A DNA stretch of 64,000 nucleotides from assembly GCA_951406725.2 (NCBI GenBank), contig OX597831.1, positions 26,722,001-26,786,000 of the forward strand. Direction: 5' to 3'. Shown here piece after piece: positions 25,090 through 39,842 of the stretch (position 1 is its first letter; each line of letters begins with the position of its first letter). The DNA is from Octopus vulgaris. Lineage: Eukaryota. The position numbers and the translations under genes are program-made. The notes beneath the pieces are model-generated. The model made no database searches. It was given only the letters and a program-made list of their open reading frames with translations, and was not told the DNA's origin.

Positions 25090-25484
25090 AATGATGTTTG
25101 GAAGCACTCCGTCGGTTACGACGACGAGGGTTCCGGTTGATCCGAATCAACGGAACAGCCTGCTCGTGAAATTAACGTGTAAGTGGCTGAGCACTCCACA
25201 GACACGTGTACCCTTAACGTAGTTCTCGGTGATATTCAGCGTGACACAGAGAGTGACAAGGCCGGCCCTTTGAAATACAGGTACAACAGAAACAGGAAGT
25301 AAGAGTGAGAGAAAGTTGTGGTGAAAGAGTACAGCAGGGATCACCACCATCCCCTGCCGGAGCCTCGTGGAGCTTTAGGTGTTTTCGCTCAATAAACACT
25401 CACAACGCCCGGTCTGGGAATCGAAATCGCGATCCTATGACCGCGAGTCCGCTGCCCTAACCACTGGGCCATTGCGCCTCCACA
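25090..25484 (-). mobile_element. Family D SINE, full length (tRNA-Arg-like head)
   Basis: Minus strand gtggaggcgcaatggcccagtggttagggcagcggactcgcggtcataggatcgcgatttcgattcccagacc. A deleted copy lies at 39515-39735 (-). Confidence 0.9.
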
Positions 25485-25794
25485 CAGTGAATGATGTAAT
25501 TTGTTTCTGAAAGACAAAAACCACTGACGTTGTCTACAAAGTGTGTTTCCAGATAGGAGAGACGAAACCTTCGTATTTTGGCTTACACCCTGAGGCATTC
25601 AATTTGTAAGTCTTTAGCCATATTCCTGTTCTGGTAGTGGTGGTGGTGAATGGGTTTAGTAGTGGTGGAGGAGGAGGTGGTCGTTGAGATGACGGAGGTG
25701 GGGGAGGTGGTGGTCGTTGAGATGATGACGGTGGAGGATGTGGGCACCGGCTAATGACGATAGAGGTGATGAAGGTGATGATGATGTTTATGAC

Positions 25795-26320
25795 ATGATG
25801 ATAATGACGATGTTGGCAATGATAACGACGATGATGATGATGACGAAGGTGATTACGATGATGATGACGATGTCGACGATGATAGTGGCGATGACAACGT
25901 TGGTGGTGGTGATGGTGATGATGATGATGACGATGTTGGCAATGATGATGATGATGATGATGACGAAGGTGATTACGATGATGATGACGATGTCGACGAT
26001 GATAGTGGCGATGACAACGTTGGTGGTGGTGATGGTGATGATGATGATGATGACGATGTTGGCAATGATGACGATGATCATGATGACGAAGGTGATTACG
26101 ATGATGATGACGATGTCGACGATGATAGTGGCGATGACAACGTTGGTGGTGGTGATGGTGATGATGATGACGATGTTGGCAATGATGACGATGATGATGA
26201 TGACGAAGGTGATTACGATGATGATGACGATATCTACGATGATAGTGGCGATGACAACGTTGGTGGTGGTGATGGTGGTGGTGGTGGTTGTGGTGGTGGT
26301 GGTGATGATGATGATGATGA
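25795..26320. repeat. About 120-bp tandem repeat, 4 units, GAT/GAC-derived
   Basis: gacgatgttggcaatgat..gacgaaggtgattacgat..gatagtggcgatgacaacgttggtgg occurs 4 times. Confidence 0.85.
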
Positions 26321-26654
26321 TAATGATGGGAACATCAAAAAAGGATGATGGCAACCACCACCGTACGACCTTCCACGTTTTATTAAATCAACGCGGTAAC
26401 CTCTAAGTGGTCGCCCGACTTGCTAGATATAACAACGAAATACGCTTGAAATCATGCTATCGTCTAATGAAAAGAATTCATTGGATAATGTAATCTTAGG
26501 TTTACTGTGTCCGTTAATTAAAAGACAGGGTGGTCACAGATGGAACGCCTCCGATCTGAGGTTTACTCGATCACGTTTCTATGGCTGTGTGTATAAGCTG
26601 TTGCGTTTGATCTGCAACAGTTGTTGTTGTCATTGTTGATGTTGTTGAAGGTTA

Positions 26655-26664
26655 ACATTACAAC

Positions 26665-26706
<42 letters not shown>

Positions 26707-28945
26707 GGTGGTGGTGGTGGTGGTGGTGGTGACGGTGCTGGTCGTCGTCGGAGTCGCGATAGTTGTGGTAGTGGTGGTAGTAGTAGTAGTTATAGTGGCG
26801 GTTGTGGTAGTGGTGATGGTGGTGGTAGTAATAGTGGTAGTGGTGGTGATGGTGGTGGTAATGGTAGTAGTGTGATGGTGGTGGTGGTGGTGGTGGTAGT
26901 AGTAGTAGTGGTGATGGTAGTGGTAGTAGTAGTAGTAGTAGAAGTAGTAGTAGTATTGGTATTGGTGGTTTTAGTGGTGGTGGTGGTGGTGGTAGTAGTA
27001 GTAGTACTGGTATTGGTGGTTATAGTGGTGGTGGTAGTAATAGTAGTAGTGGTGGTGATGGTGGTGGTAATGGTGCTAGTGCTGGTGGTGGTAATGGTAG
27101 TAGTGTGATAGTGGTGGTGGTGGTGGTGGTGGTGGTGGTAGTAGTAGTGGTGGTTGTGTTAGTGGTGGTGATGGTGGAGGTAGTAGTAGTAGAAGTATTG
27201 GTATTGGTGGTTGTAGTGGTGGTGGTGGTGGTTGTAGTAATAGTAGGTGGCGCATGTGCAGTCTCATTCATCTTTTAGCTTCATTCAGAAACAACGTGGT
27301 GGTTCACGTGATCACGTAAAAAGGTGCCGACTATCAATGGAGCCGCTTTCCCATCTAGTTGTTCGTGTTGATGGTGGTGGTGGTGGTGGTGGTGGTGGTA
27401 TTGTTAGCGGTAATGGTGACGATGATCTTGGTAGTCGTGGTGGTGGTGATGGCCGAGATGGTGGAGGTACGGTGTTGTTGTTGTTGTTGTTGTTGGTTGT
27501 TGGCGGTGGTGGTGCTGGTGGTAGTGGTGATGGTGTTCTTGTTCTTGTTGATGGCGGTGGTGGAAGTGATGATGATGGTGGAGGTGACAGTGATTGTAGT
27601 GATGGTGGTGATGGCGCTGATGGTGTAAGTGATGTTACTACTATTGGTAGTAATGGTGGTGGTGGTGGTGGTGGTGGTGGTGGTGGTAGCCTTGATGGTG
27701 GTTATGGTGTTGTTATTGTTGTTGTTGTTGTTGCTGGTAGTGGTGGTACTGGTGGTGCTGGTGCTGGTGCTGGTGGTAGTGTACGTGTTAGTAGTGGAGT
27801 GGCGGTGATAGTATGGTGGTATTGCTAATGATGTTGTTCTTGTTGTTGTGTTGATGTGATGCTGGTGGCGGTGTTAGTGTTATTGGTGTTGTGGTTGTTG
27901 TCGATGGTGGTGGCTGTGGTGATGGTGATCGTTGTATAGGCGCTGGTGGTACCAGTGGTGTTTTGTGTTGGTAGTGTAGTTATAGTTGAGTCATGGTGTT
28001 GATGGTGATGATAGTGACGACGATGGTGATGGCGGTGACGGTGGTGTTGATGTGTTTAGCCCTAGGTCATCCCTTATTCTGGGGACCTATGATCAAAGTA
28101 GGATTCAGACCATGGCCATCCTGTCGTTACAGGTGTACCTAACGACTACCTACATTTATTAAGAAATTTAGAAGTTATTCGAAGGAAATATAATTGTTAT
28201 TTCTAGCAGATGAAGGCACCACATAACGGCTCTTCTACATTGACTGGTGGTGGAGGTGGTGGTGATGGTGGCGGTTGTATTGGTATTGATGTCAGTAGTG
28301 GTAGTGGTAGTGGTGCAGGTGATGTCAGTGTTGGTGGTGGTGGTGTTATAGCGGTTGTGATGATGGTGGCGGCGGTGGAGGTGATGGTAGTAACGGTAGT
28401 AATAGCGGTGGTAATGATGGTAATGGTAGTCGTGGTGATGATAGCGATGGTGGTGATGAAGGTTCTGGTGGTGGTGGTGATGGTGAGGCAGGTTCTGGTG
28501 GTAGTGATGATGTTATTGCTGTTGTAGTTGTTATTGGTGGTGGTGGTGGTGGCGGCGGTGATGGTGATGGTGTTGCCATTGTTAGTATTGTTGGTGGTGG
28601 TGGTGGTGGAGGTGGTAGTGGTAGAGTAGTGGTATTGGTATTGGCTGTGGTGATCGTGGTGATGGTGGTGGTGGTGGTGTGGGTTTTTTTTATGGTAGTA
28701 GTGATAGTGTTGGTGGTGATGGTGAGGCAGGTTCTGGTGGTAGTGTTGATGTTATTGCTGTTGTAGTTGTTATTGGTGGTGGTGGTGGAGGTGGTAGTGG
28801 TATTGGTATTGGTTGTGGTGATGGTAGTGATGGTGGTAGTTTTGGTGGTGGCCGTCGTCGTGGTTGTAGTGGAGATGATGGTCGTCGTGGTTGTAGTGAT
28901 GGTGGTAGTTGTAGTGATGGTGGTGGTGGTGGTGGTGGTGGTGAT
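26655..28945. repeat. Long compound GGT/GTA/GAT low-complexity tract
   Basis: Directly visible; accounts for the poly-V/G/T/P ORFs. Confidence 0.9.
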
Positions 28946-29158
28946 ATTATTCTTATCGTTAGCAATTTGGTTCGTAGTAGACAAGGAGTTAGTAGAGTGT
29001 AGTAAATACATCAGCTGCTGCCGCAGTTGCTGCATTTGGTGAAGACGATGCTGCTGTTGCTGCTGCTGTTGCTACTGCTGCCGGTGATGTCAGATCACGC
29101 TACACACGGCGTGGGCGATCGTATGCAGCAGCATCTGCTTCGTACAACATCAACAAAC

Positions 29159-29193
<35 letters not shown>

Positions 29194-29651
29194 ACAACAA
29201 CAACAACAACATCGTACTACTACCAATAATAATAATAATAATAATGATAATAATAATTGTAATAATAATACTCTCATATATTGTACTCGGCCGCCATTTT
29301 TTTCTCCCGGCATGCATTGTTGTTACTGCACAAATGCACCTACCACCGCCACCACCACCACCACTAACATCGCCACCAACACCACCGGCACCACCGGCAC
29401 CACCGCCGCCGCCATGATCAGCATAATTATATTCATTCATTCATCATTAAAATCGCAGCCGCCGCCGCCGCTGCCGTCGACCACCGCTCGCCACCATCAT
29501 CATCATCATCGTCATCATCACCATCACCATTGACATCAGTTTCTTCCGACACTTCTGTTTGTTTTATACATGTGTGTGTGTTTATTACATCTACCTCTTT
29601 CTGTCTCTCTCCGTTTCTCCCCTCTCTCTCTCCCTATCTATCTATCTATCC

Positions 29652-29831
<180 letters not shown>

Positions 29832-30461
29832 ATATGTATATATATAGAGAGAGAGATAGATAGATAGATAGATAGATACCTTAGTATATGTACCCACATA
29901 CATATATATGTATATATGTATGTCTACATACAAATATATATATGTATGTGTGTATGGATTATGTATGTGCGCAATTAAGTGTATGTGTATATGTATATAT
30001 AGATATATACACTCTCTCACTCTTTCACACAGACACACACACACGCCCATATACACACATATGCATGTACACACATATGCAGGTACACACATACGCAGGT
30101 ACACACATACGCAGGTACACACATACGCAGGTACACACATACGCAGGTATACATGAACGTCCATACACACATACTACACACGATCTTTCCCCTCCACATA
30201 TACACACACATACCGTATCAGCTATACTATATACGAACACCTGTCTGTATATCTCAGCCATAATCACTCGAATACGCACTCACGCACGCACACACACACC
30301 CACATACGTACGTACGCACGCGCACACACATACACATACATCTCTTTCTTCATCCATTCATGAATTATTCCACAACGTTCCTTTGTTCATTCATATATTC
30401 TCGTATTCTTGTTTTTATCGTGCCTTCTGTCTTTCGTATTAACACATACACACGCATGCGC

Positions 30462-30492
<31 letters not shown>

Positions 30493-30545
30493 TGTATGTA
30501 TGTATGTATGTATGTATGTATGTATGTATATATATATATACTTAC

Positions 30546-30610
<65 letters not shown>

Positions 30611-30681
30611 CATATATATATATATATATGAGTGTATGTGTGTGTGTTATATATATAAATATATGTATGTATGTATGTATG

Positions 30682-30732
<51 letters not shown>

Positions 30733-30982
30733 GGTCCAGATAGATAATAGATAGGTAGATAGGTAGGTAGAGATAGGTAGGTAGGTAGGTAAATAGATAG
30801 ATTGAAAATAGGCATGTTTAGATTCTCTGGGGTTAACCACACAGCAAAGGGAAACCAACAAAACGCTCACACACACACACACATCTATATATATATTTAT
30901 ATATTTAGTAAGGTACATTAATTCTAATATCCAAAGTAGCAGAGTAAAATTAATTTATTATATGTCCTTTGATTAATTTTAA

Positions 30983-31037
<55 letters not shown>

Positions 31038-31139
31038 CAATAGGTGAATGAATTATCCTATGTTTATCGTCAGCATTTCTTGAACAGGACTCGCATCAGT
31101 ACTGTTTTCATTCAGAAATTTGATATATGAAATCTTCGG

Positions 31140-31450
31140 AAGTCGAACAAAGATGTTAACAAAATCTTTCTCGACATATGTTTCGAAGACCACATGGTTT
31201 CATTCCAAAGATATAGGTGTATGATGCCTTACAGAAAGAGAATTCCGACAACAAGACAAACAAAATTTCGATGACATGTTTACCATGGGCAGTCATCGAA
31301 ATTTTTGTTTGTCTTGTTGTCGAGAGAGGTTCCCTTTCTTTCCTGATAAGAAGATTGCATCATACACCCTATATTTCTTTGGAATGAAACCATGTGGTCT
31401 TCGAAACATATGTCGAGAGTAAAGGAATTTTGTTAACATCTTCGTTCGAC
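31140..31450. repeat. Imperfect inverted repeat with a hammerhead motif (31338-31419, +)
   Basis: Arms about 31140-31275 and 31291-31450. Motif ctttc CTGATAA gaagattgcat..atgtggtcttc GAAA catatg TC gagag. Confidence 0.75.
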
Positions 31451-31466
31451 TCCATTCTTTCATTTA

Positions 31467-31502
<36 letters not shown>

Positions 31503-31589
31503 TGGTGGTGCTCCAGCATGACCACAACCACCTGGCTGAAACATATAAAAGAATATTATATATATATATATAAAGAGAAAGAGAGGGGG

Positions 31590-31620
<31 letters not shown>

Positions 31621-31841
31621 ATTAGTTAGGCAACAAGAAAGATCGCAATCCAACACGTATCGGACATAATAAGAAACGTGGTCGATGTATTTGCCTAAAT
31701 CCATTACGACCGTACTCAAATGGCTAAAACCTGCAAATGAATAAAAGAATACATATACACACACACAAACACACACACACACATACATACATACCTACAT
31801 ACATACATAAATATGTGTGTGTGTGTGTGTGTGTATGTATT

Positions 31842-32190
31842 GGTGCAGGAGTGGCTGCCGTTATATTTCGTCTGCCGTTACGTTCTGAGTTCAAATTCCG
31901 CCGAGGTCGACTTTGCCTTTCATCCTTTCGGGGTCGATAAATTAAGTACCAGTTACGCACTGGGGTCGATGTAAGCGACTAAATACCTATGTCTGTCCTT
32001 GTTTGTCCCCTCTATGTTTAGCCCCTTGTGGGCAATAAAGAAATATGTATGATAAGAAGCTTGCTTCCCAACCACATGGTTCCGAGTTCAGTGTCCCACT
32101 GCGTGGTACCTTGGACAAGTGTTTTCTACTAACGCGTCGGGACGACCCAAGCCTGGTGAATAGGTTTGGTAGATGGAAACTGAAAGAAGG
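31842..32190 (+). mobile_element. Family B SINE head split by a 5'-truncated family A SINE (31858-32045)
   Basis: ggtgcaggagtggctg | family A | tgtatgataagaagcttgcttcccaaccacatgg. Confidence 0.8.
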
Positions 32191-32477
32191 TTATATATCT
32201 ATATATATAAAACTCGTGTGTCTGTGTGTTTAACTTCCCGGCACATCTCCTCCTAGCCAACAAATCGTAGAACCAACAAAAATGGGTCACTTAAAGTTTA
32301 GGCGAATGAAAATTGAACTGCGCTATTTCTGTTCCGAAATTCATCTCGCAAGTGCAAAAATCGATAATGTGTTTGTTTAGGCCTTATCCCATGCATTGAA
32401 TAGTGAACTTTACTCAGTCAGCTGTTTCACGTGAACTGTGTTCACCACGCGTGCAAGCATGCGTAAATTGCATGAAA

Positions 32478-32529
<52 letters not shown>

Positions 32530-32547
<18 letters not shown>

Positions 32548-32910
32548 CTGAAGTTGTCTGTGTGTGGCAGGTTTGATAGCCTTTAACTAACACTATCTCC
32601 TCCAAGACCTTGCGGCGCAAGTTGACCAAAATTGAGAGTATGGTAGAAGAAAGCTTGCTCTTCATTCTGTAGACGAAAAAATTCGATAGGACCAAAAATT
32701 ATTTACATCAAAAAAGGTGCTTTTTTTCTATGGAAATTTCTATTTTTTAAGATTTTTTGACTGCTGTGTTGCCATTTTTCGGTGTATTTAAACCAGTAAA
32801 ATGTTCACTTAAAGAGAATTACAAGCTACATAATGCAATATTTTTAATTTTCAAAAATTTCAATTCTAAAAGGTCGAAACAAAACCGAGCAATGCCGGGC
32901 GATACTGCTA

Positions 32911-32911
<1 letters not shown>
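32530..32911 (+). mobile_element. Non-autonomous Helitron; a second Helitron-like 5' end (tctatatatataaaa) lies at about 32197
   Basis: 3' end ccgagcaatgccgggcgatactgCTAGt, same layout as 24128-24156. Confidence 0.65.
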
Positions 32912-32971
<60 letters not shown>

Positions 32972-33173
32972 TATGTGTGCGTGTGTGTGTGTTTGTTATT
33001 TGTGTCTGTATGTTGGTGTGTTTACGTCCCTGTCACTAGCAGTTCGATAAAAGAGACCGATAGAATAAGTACTAGGCCTACAACGAGTAAGTCCTGGGGT
33101 CGATTTGTTCGAGAAAAGGCGGTGCTCTAGCATGGCCGCAGTCAAATGCCTGAAACAAGTACATGAATAAAAG

Positions 33174-33230
<57 letters not shown>

Positions 33231-33914
33231 GGAGTGAGAGAGAGAGAGAGAGAGAGAAGGGGAGAGAGAGAGACACTCTCCAAGTATATATATATACTTA
33301 TACGCAAATAAGTGGATGCGCATGGCTTAGTGGTTAGGGTGCTGGACTCATGATGTGGTTTCGATTCCTGGACCGAGCATTCCTGTTACGCTCATTAGCA
33401 AAACACTTCATATCACGTTGCTCCCGTCCACTCAGTTGGCCAAAATGCGCAATCCCGTCACTGACCGGTGTCCCGTCCAGCGGGTAGCAGAAACGGAGAC
33501 ATGGACGTTGTGACTCTGTATAACTCAGGAAGGAAAGTTATCTTTTGTAGGCACGTATATTATATATTTTATCTTTTACTTGTTTCAGTCATTAGACTGC
33601 GGCCATGCTGGGGTACCGCCTTGAATAACTTTTACTTGAATGAATCGACCCAAGTATATTATATATATATATATATATATATTTAAAGCCTGATTCTTAT
33701 TCTATCAGTCTCATATTTCCGAACCGCTAGGCCACGGGGATGTAAACACAACATCGGTTGTCAAGCGGTGGCGGGGGGGGGGGGGCAAACACAGATACAA
33801 TGGCACACACAGACATCCACATACACACACACACACACACACACATATATATCTATGTCTGTCTGTCTGTCTGTCTATCTTTCAATCTAGTTATCTGTCT
33901 GTCTATCTATCTAT

Positions 33915-35190
33915 TTAAATAATTGTCGCCACATTATATTTTTAATTTTGCGCATGCGCATTGTTTTTCTTTTCTCGTCTACACAGTATATTAGGGTCAG
34001 TTGGGCACCGTCTGTGAGAAAAAACAGCACCATGACGCAATTCACTCTGCCAGAAATTTTGAAATGATATGCTGTACTGCTTGGCATTCACTTCAGAAAC
34101 TCCAATACGAACATTTCAGAGTGTTTGGATGTCAATCTGAGGACAGTGCAGAGGATTCGGAAAGAGTTGGATGAGTCTAATGGTGATTACGAAAGTACGG
34201 CAGCTCGGAAAACTCACTCCGATCATTCTGAAAAGAACTCCTGGATTTGTTGGTGAGATCCAGGCCAAGATTGACAACGATCCCTCCAAGCCAATCAGGT
34301 CCATCGCCAGGGACATGGCAGTGTCTGAGTTTCTTATCAGGCAGGTAGTGCATGAAGATGTTCGGTATTCCTCATACAAGGCGAGAAAGGGCCAGTTTTT
34401 ATCGCAAGCCATCAAGGACAAGAGGAAAGACCGTGCCACGAAGCTTTTGAATAAACTCAAGCATCCCCTTCAACTGAACATGCTTTGGTTTTTCTCAGGC
34501 GAGAAAAATTTCTGCCAGGATCAGATGGTAAACACACAAGACAACCGTTGGCTTGCCGTGTCCCCATATATGTGCCAAGAGTGATAAAAATCAAACATCC
34601 AGTCAATATCAGTGGTGTTTGGAGTGATCACTCGTGATGCCAACGTTATACCTCCATTCATCTTCTCACGTGGCCTCAGACTCCATACGGAGGCCTACAT
34701 CATGTACCTGGAGGTGGGGTAGTGCTGCTCTGGATCAAGAGGCAGGCTGCTGGAAGACCCTATGTCTGGCAACAGGACTCTGCACCATACCAACACAAGC
34801 AAAGAACCCAGTCATGGCTGTCAATTTCCGCGACAACATCACCCCTAACATCTGGCCACGTAACTCCCCAGACTCCCCCTTCATTATTATGTGTGGGGTG
34901 CAGTTGGGTGAGAGACCAACAAAACTCTTTGTAACACGAAAGATAAACTGAAAGCAAAAATTATGGCAGCATTCACCAACTTAAACGAGGAGACTATCCA
35001 GAAGAGTTTCAGGAGATTCTGAAGTCGTCTGGAGGCCATGGTTGAAGCCAATGATGATTTTATAGAATAAATTTACTCTTTAGTATTTCAAAGTATTTTT
35101 ATGTAATTTTGGTAAATATATCTGTTAAAATGGGATATCAGTTTTATTTTCATTTCGCGTAATTTAGACGATAATTTATTCACCGCACCA
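33915..35190 (+). pseudogene. Tc1/mariner-superfamily DNA transposon, decayed transposase (maT/DD37D-like by motif appearance)
   Basis: IDNDPSKPIRSIARDMAVSE..WFFSGEKNF..VWQQDSAP..WPRNSPD; partial TIR match ataattgtcgcc / gacgataatttatt; frameshifts. Confidence 0.85.
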
Positions 35191-35191
35191 T

Positions 35192-35265
<74 letters not shown>

Positions 35266-35672
35266 ACACACGTATGCATGCATCTAGCTAGCTATCTGTA
35301 GCTTACACGCGTGAGTACTATTATTAATAAATATTCCAAGGCGGCGAGCTAGCAGGATCGTTAGCACGTTGGACGATATACTTAGCGATATTTCGCCAGT
35401 AGCTGCGTTCTGAGTTCAAATTCCACCGAGGTCGACTTTGCTTTCTTTCATTTCGAGGTCGATAACTTAACTACCAGTGAAACACCGGTGTTTCACTGGT
35501 ACTTAATTTAGACGTAATCGACTAGTTCTCTCCTTCACAAATGTCAGGTTTATACCTTTAGAGTAGGAAGGATTATTCATAAATATTTTATTGCATGCTC
35601 ACTGTTTAATGTGTGATCTTCTAGTTGTTGCTGCTAATCCACACACTTATATTCATGGCATATATATATCAA

Positions 35673-35746
<74 letters not shown>

Positions 35747-37411
35747 AACACACAGATATATAGATACATACATAGATATCCTCTCCCATTATATACTTTA
35801 TATAAACCTGAATTGTTTCTTCTTACTGGCAACCAAGCGGGTACCCTGTTACCTGGGGTAGAGGAATGATTTACCCTTAAAAACTTTTCAACATCTATTT
35901 AAAATATTTCTTCAAATACCTCTCATTTTTCACACTTCTACCACTTTTTGCTAATTCTGGGGTCGCTTTAGAATATATAGGAATATGTGATCACCTTAAT
36001 GGTAGCGGTGTGTAATATTGGCAAACATACCCTTAAATTATTAATCAAACAAGAAGTCAAAACTTGTGCAATAGAAACACCTCCCGCCACACACACACAC
36101 ACACCCACACACAAAATATGTGCTGATTGAAGGGTAAAATAATAAAACAGGAAATAGCACAAACAAGCAGCAATTATACCAAAAACCATCATCAGCATTT
36201 CATCATGTTTTAATTAATGTTGTAGGACTAATTGCGTGACTCGACGACTTCAGCCTATTCAAGGAAAAAGTGGTGTTGGCAAGGTATGTGACAAAAAGGA
36301 GTGCCTCCTTGCCCGATGAATATATCTGGATAAAAGTTTGGAGTAAATTATGGGCCTCTATTTTTCTAAAAACAAAGAAAAACAAAAAAAAAATGGAGCT
36401 GGGCTTCCATATAAACCCGAAAGCTTTGGTCGATGTCAAGCGGAACATATACTTAATGCAGCCCTTAAAACAGAAGGAATCAAAACAGGGTCCAGTAGAT
36501 GATAGATATTTGATAAATTCCACGTCATCGATCAATCAACAACCGGGGAGTGGAGTCAAGACTCAGCTTGGCTTAAAGGAAATTTCGGACTACCTGTTTT
36601 ACAGAAGATTATAGAGACGGTGTATGCTCAGAGTGTTTGGGGGATGCCCTAGCTCCGTGAAAATGGTGGGTGGGTTGGGGTGAGGGAGGATGATTGTATT
36701 TTTATTGATTCGTATTTATTTTATGAAACAAATATAGAAATTGTCTTAATCTACTGTATTAGGTTGTTTTGTCGCCGCTCTCCCTTAAACATGTGTGTGT
36801 ACGTGTATGTGCGTGCCTCTGTGTGTGTGTGTGTGCGCGTGCATCTGTGTGTGTGTGTCCTTATACCTCTGTTATGCATGCATGTATGTATACATGTATG
36901 TATGAGATCTTGGGGAGCAATAAAGGCAGGATCATTATTATTAACGCGGTGGGTCGACAGAATCGTTGGCACACCAGGCAAAATGTTTAACGGCATTTCG
37001 TCCGTCTTTATGTTCTGGGTTCGAATTCCATCGAGGTCGGCTTTGCCTTTCTTTCATCCTTTTGGGGTCGATAAAATAAGAGACAGTGAAGCACTGGAGT
37101 CGAAGTAATTGACCTTACCCCGTCCTACGAAATTGCTCGCCTTGTAGCAAAACTATTGTTGTTGTTAACCTCAGTCGGTTTCAAGTAAAACCCCACAGAA
37201 ATTATAACGTATTTCTAATGTCCACCTCATATGGCCCTCCCACCCCCACCGACCTGTGGCAAAAGAGATGCTGTGTGAAGAGAGTTCTGAGTGCGTTTGT
37301 GAAGGTATGCGTGTATATATGTATATGTTTAGCAGTGTGTAATCAGATGTGTGTATTATGTGCGTATCTCTCTCTCTCTCTCTGTCTCTCTCCCTTGTCC
37401 GAAGTCAGGAC

Positions 37412-37602
37412 GCCATGATAGATCGTTAGCTCCTACACGCATTTTTTTCTCTCCTTGTTTTTTTCTGTGTATCTTTCTGTCGAAGAGCGTAGGCTCGAAA
37501 TGTAAAAGACTTTTTCTATTCCTGAGCGCTATACTAATACATTTGTTTGTTTGTACTCCACCTGCCTTCGTCTTTTGTTTATTTTCATAAACTTTCCCTT
37601 CA
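37412..37602 (+). mobile_element. Family E element; motif at 37472-37509
   Basis: tcttt CTGTCGA a GAGC gtag GCTC GAAA tg TA aaaga. Confidence 0.75.
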
Positions 37603-37659
<57 letters not shown>

Positions 37660-37731
37660 GTTTCTCCCTTTCGTTTTCGCTCTATCTCTTTCTGTGCCCC
37701 AGCCTCTCTATCTCAGTCTGTGTTTGCCTCT

Positions 37732-37781
<50 letters not shown>

Positions 37782-37985
37782 CTCTGTCTATCTATTTTAC
37801 TCCTTTTCTTTATCTATTTGTCTTTGGCTCTCTGTCTCTGCCTTTCTCCCCCTCTCTCTCTCATTCTGTAACTGCGTGTGTGCAGATATGTGTATATATG
37901 TATGTGCGAGTGTGTGTGTGCATCTGTATGTTAGTGTCTGCGTGTCTGTACGTCTTGTGTATGTGTGTGCGTCTGTTTGTGCGTC

Positions 37986-38037
<52 letters not shown>

Positions 38038-38346
38038 CCGTCTGTGTGTCTTTGTGTAGGCGTGTAAGTGTATGTGAGTGCTGTTCGATAAGCGGAAAGG
38101 TCGTGAAAATTTCAGTACTCACGAACCAAATTCTCGGCTTCAGTTCAATGGGTGTGTGTGTGTGTGTGTGTGTTTGTGTGTGTGTATGTGTGTGTGTGTG
38201 TGCGTTTGTGTGTGTGTATGTGTGTGTATGTGCGTTTGTGTGTGTGTGCCTGTGTGCCTGTGTGCGTGTGTGTGCGTGTGTGCGTGTGTGTGTGTTTGTG
38301 TGTGTGTGCGTTTGTGTATGTGTGTGTGTGCGTTTGTGTGTGTGTG

Positions 38347-38401
<55 letters not shown>

Positions 38402-38925
38402 ATATGTATGTATGGATGGATGGATTGAGGAAGGCAGGTAGGCAGGGAGGGATTGATGACTGTATGGGTATTCCTGTACAATAGAGTCGGAAATTAGCTA
38501 CTACACATGAAATCACCATTTTTTTTTTTAAAAGCATCATAAATATACAAAATAAATGAATTAACAGATAAAGAAATAAAATCAGTTTTAGTTTCTTTTG
38601 AGAATGTTTTTCTTAATTGTGTTCCAAAGAACCAATGTTTATGATTCATCAGCAATTTGTGTAATTATTCTTCAGAACATGAAATGATAGAAAAATATTT
38701 CCAAACAGAAAAATACGGATCTGAACGAAGGCAATCCCCACCCTCGCAATTTTTCGTTTAGTTATCCATTTATCGATTTATTTATTGATTGTAAGAATTG
38801 TAATCCGCGTTGCATTCTGCTTGCTAGATTATTTGCGATTCTATTCTATAAGAACGCCATATCCATATTTATACAACTATCCCTCTCCCTCTCTTGCACC
38901 CTGTCACTCTCCCCTCTCTTTGAAT

Positions 38926-38929
<4 letters not shown>

Positions 38930-39005
<76 letters not shown>

Positions 39006-39058
39006 GAGTGAGAAACTTGGTATGAATCGTGTATATACACACACACACACACACACGT

Positions 39059-39136
<78 letters not shown>

Positions 39137-39255
39137 GAGTGAGAAACTTGGTATGAATCGTGTCCCTTTCTAATGATACTCGCTCTATTTTGAATATTGA
39201 GCACTCTTTACTTTCTTCTTGTTCAGCAATACATATACACACACACACACACGTA

Positions 39256-39338
<83 letters not shown>

Positions 39339-39500
39339 GAGTGAGAAACTTGGTATGAATCGTGTCACTTTCTAATGATCCTCGCTCTATTTTGAATATT
39401 GAACACTCTTTACCTTCTTCTTGTTCAGTAATACGTATACACACACACACACACGCGTACGTACGTACACACACACACACACGCGCGCGTACGTACATAC
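38930..39500. repeat. Tandem triplication of a (CA)n(TA)n(GA)n-ggagtgagaaacttggtatgaatcgtgt unit
   Basis: The marker occurs at about 39005, 39135 and 39338. Confidence 0.8.
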
Positions 39501-39842
39501 ATATATCGGGGTACTTCCACAGACATGTGTACCCTTAACGTAGTTCTCGGGGAGATTCAGCGTCACACAGTGTGTGACAAGGCTGGCCCTTTGAAATACA
39601 GGTACAACAGAAATAGGAAAAAAGAAAGTGAGAGAAAGTTGTGGTGAAAGAGTACAGCAGGGTTCACCACCACCCCCTACCAGTGTTTTCGCTCAATGAA
39701 CACTCACAACGTCCAATCTGGGAATCGAAACCGAATATATATCACGACAGTAAAGTCCATCGGTCCTGTAAGGGACAATCATCAAAAAAAGATATGACAT
39801 TCTCCATTCTTATTCCTGTTGTAATATAATTTGGATTTCAAG

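Noticed and set aside
25400-25484. tRNA-like sequences (also 8797-8865, 60743-60815, 52765-52835)
   Set aside because: They continue directly into SINE bodies and lack a clean acceptor stem; SINE heads, not tRNA genes.
25795-26320. Regularly spaced repeats resembling a CRISPR array (also 1774-2310, 7420-8090, 38930-39500)
   Set aside because: No unique spacers between identical repeats, no cas genes, eukaryotic context; these are tandem repeats.
29027-29533. 168-aa plus-strand ORF with signal-peptide-like poly-Leu and His/Gln/Asn runs
   Set aside because: Starts at TTG and is composed mostly of trinucleotide repeats; no recognisable domain or splice support.
36203-36660. 114-aa ORF in complex sequence, possibly a decayed LINE ORF2 piece
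   Set aside because: No diagnostic motif that I can identify; left unannotated.
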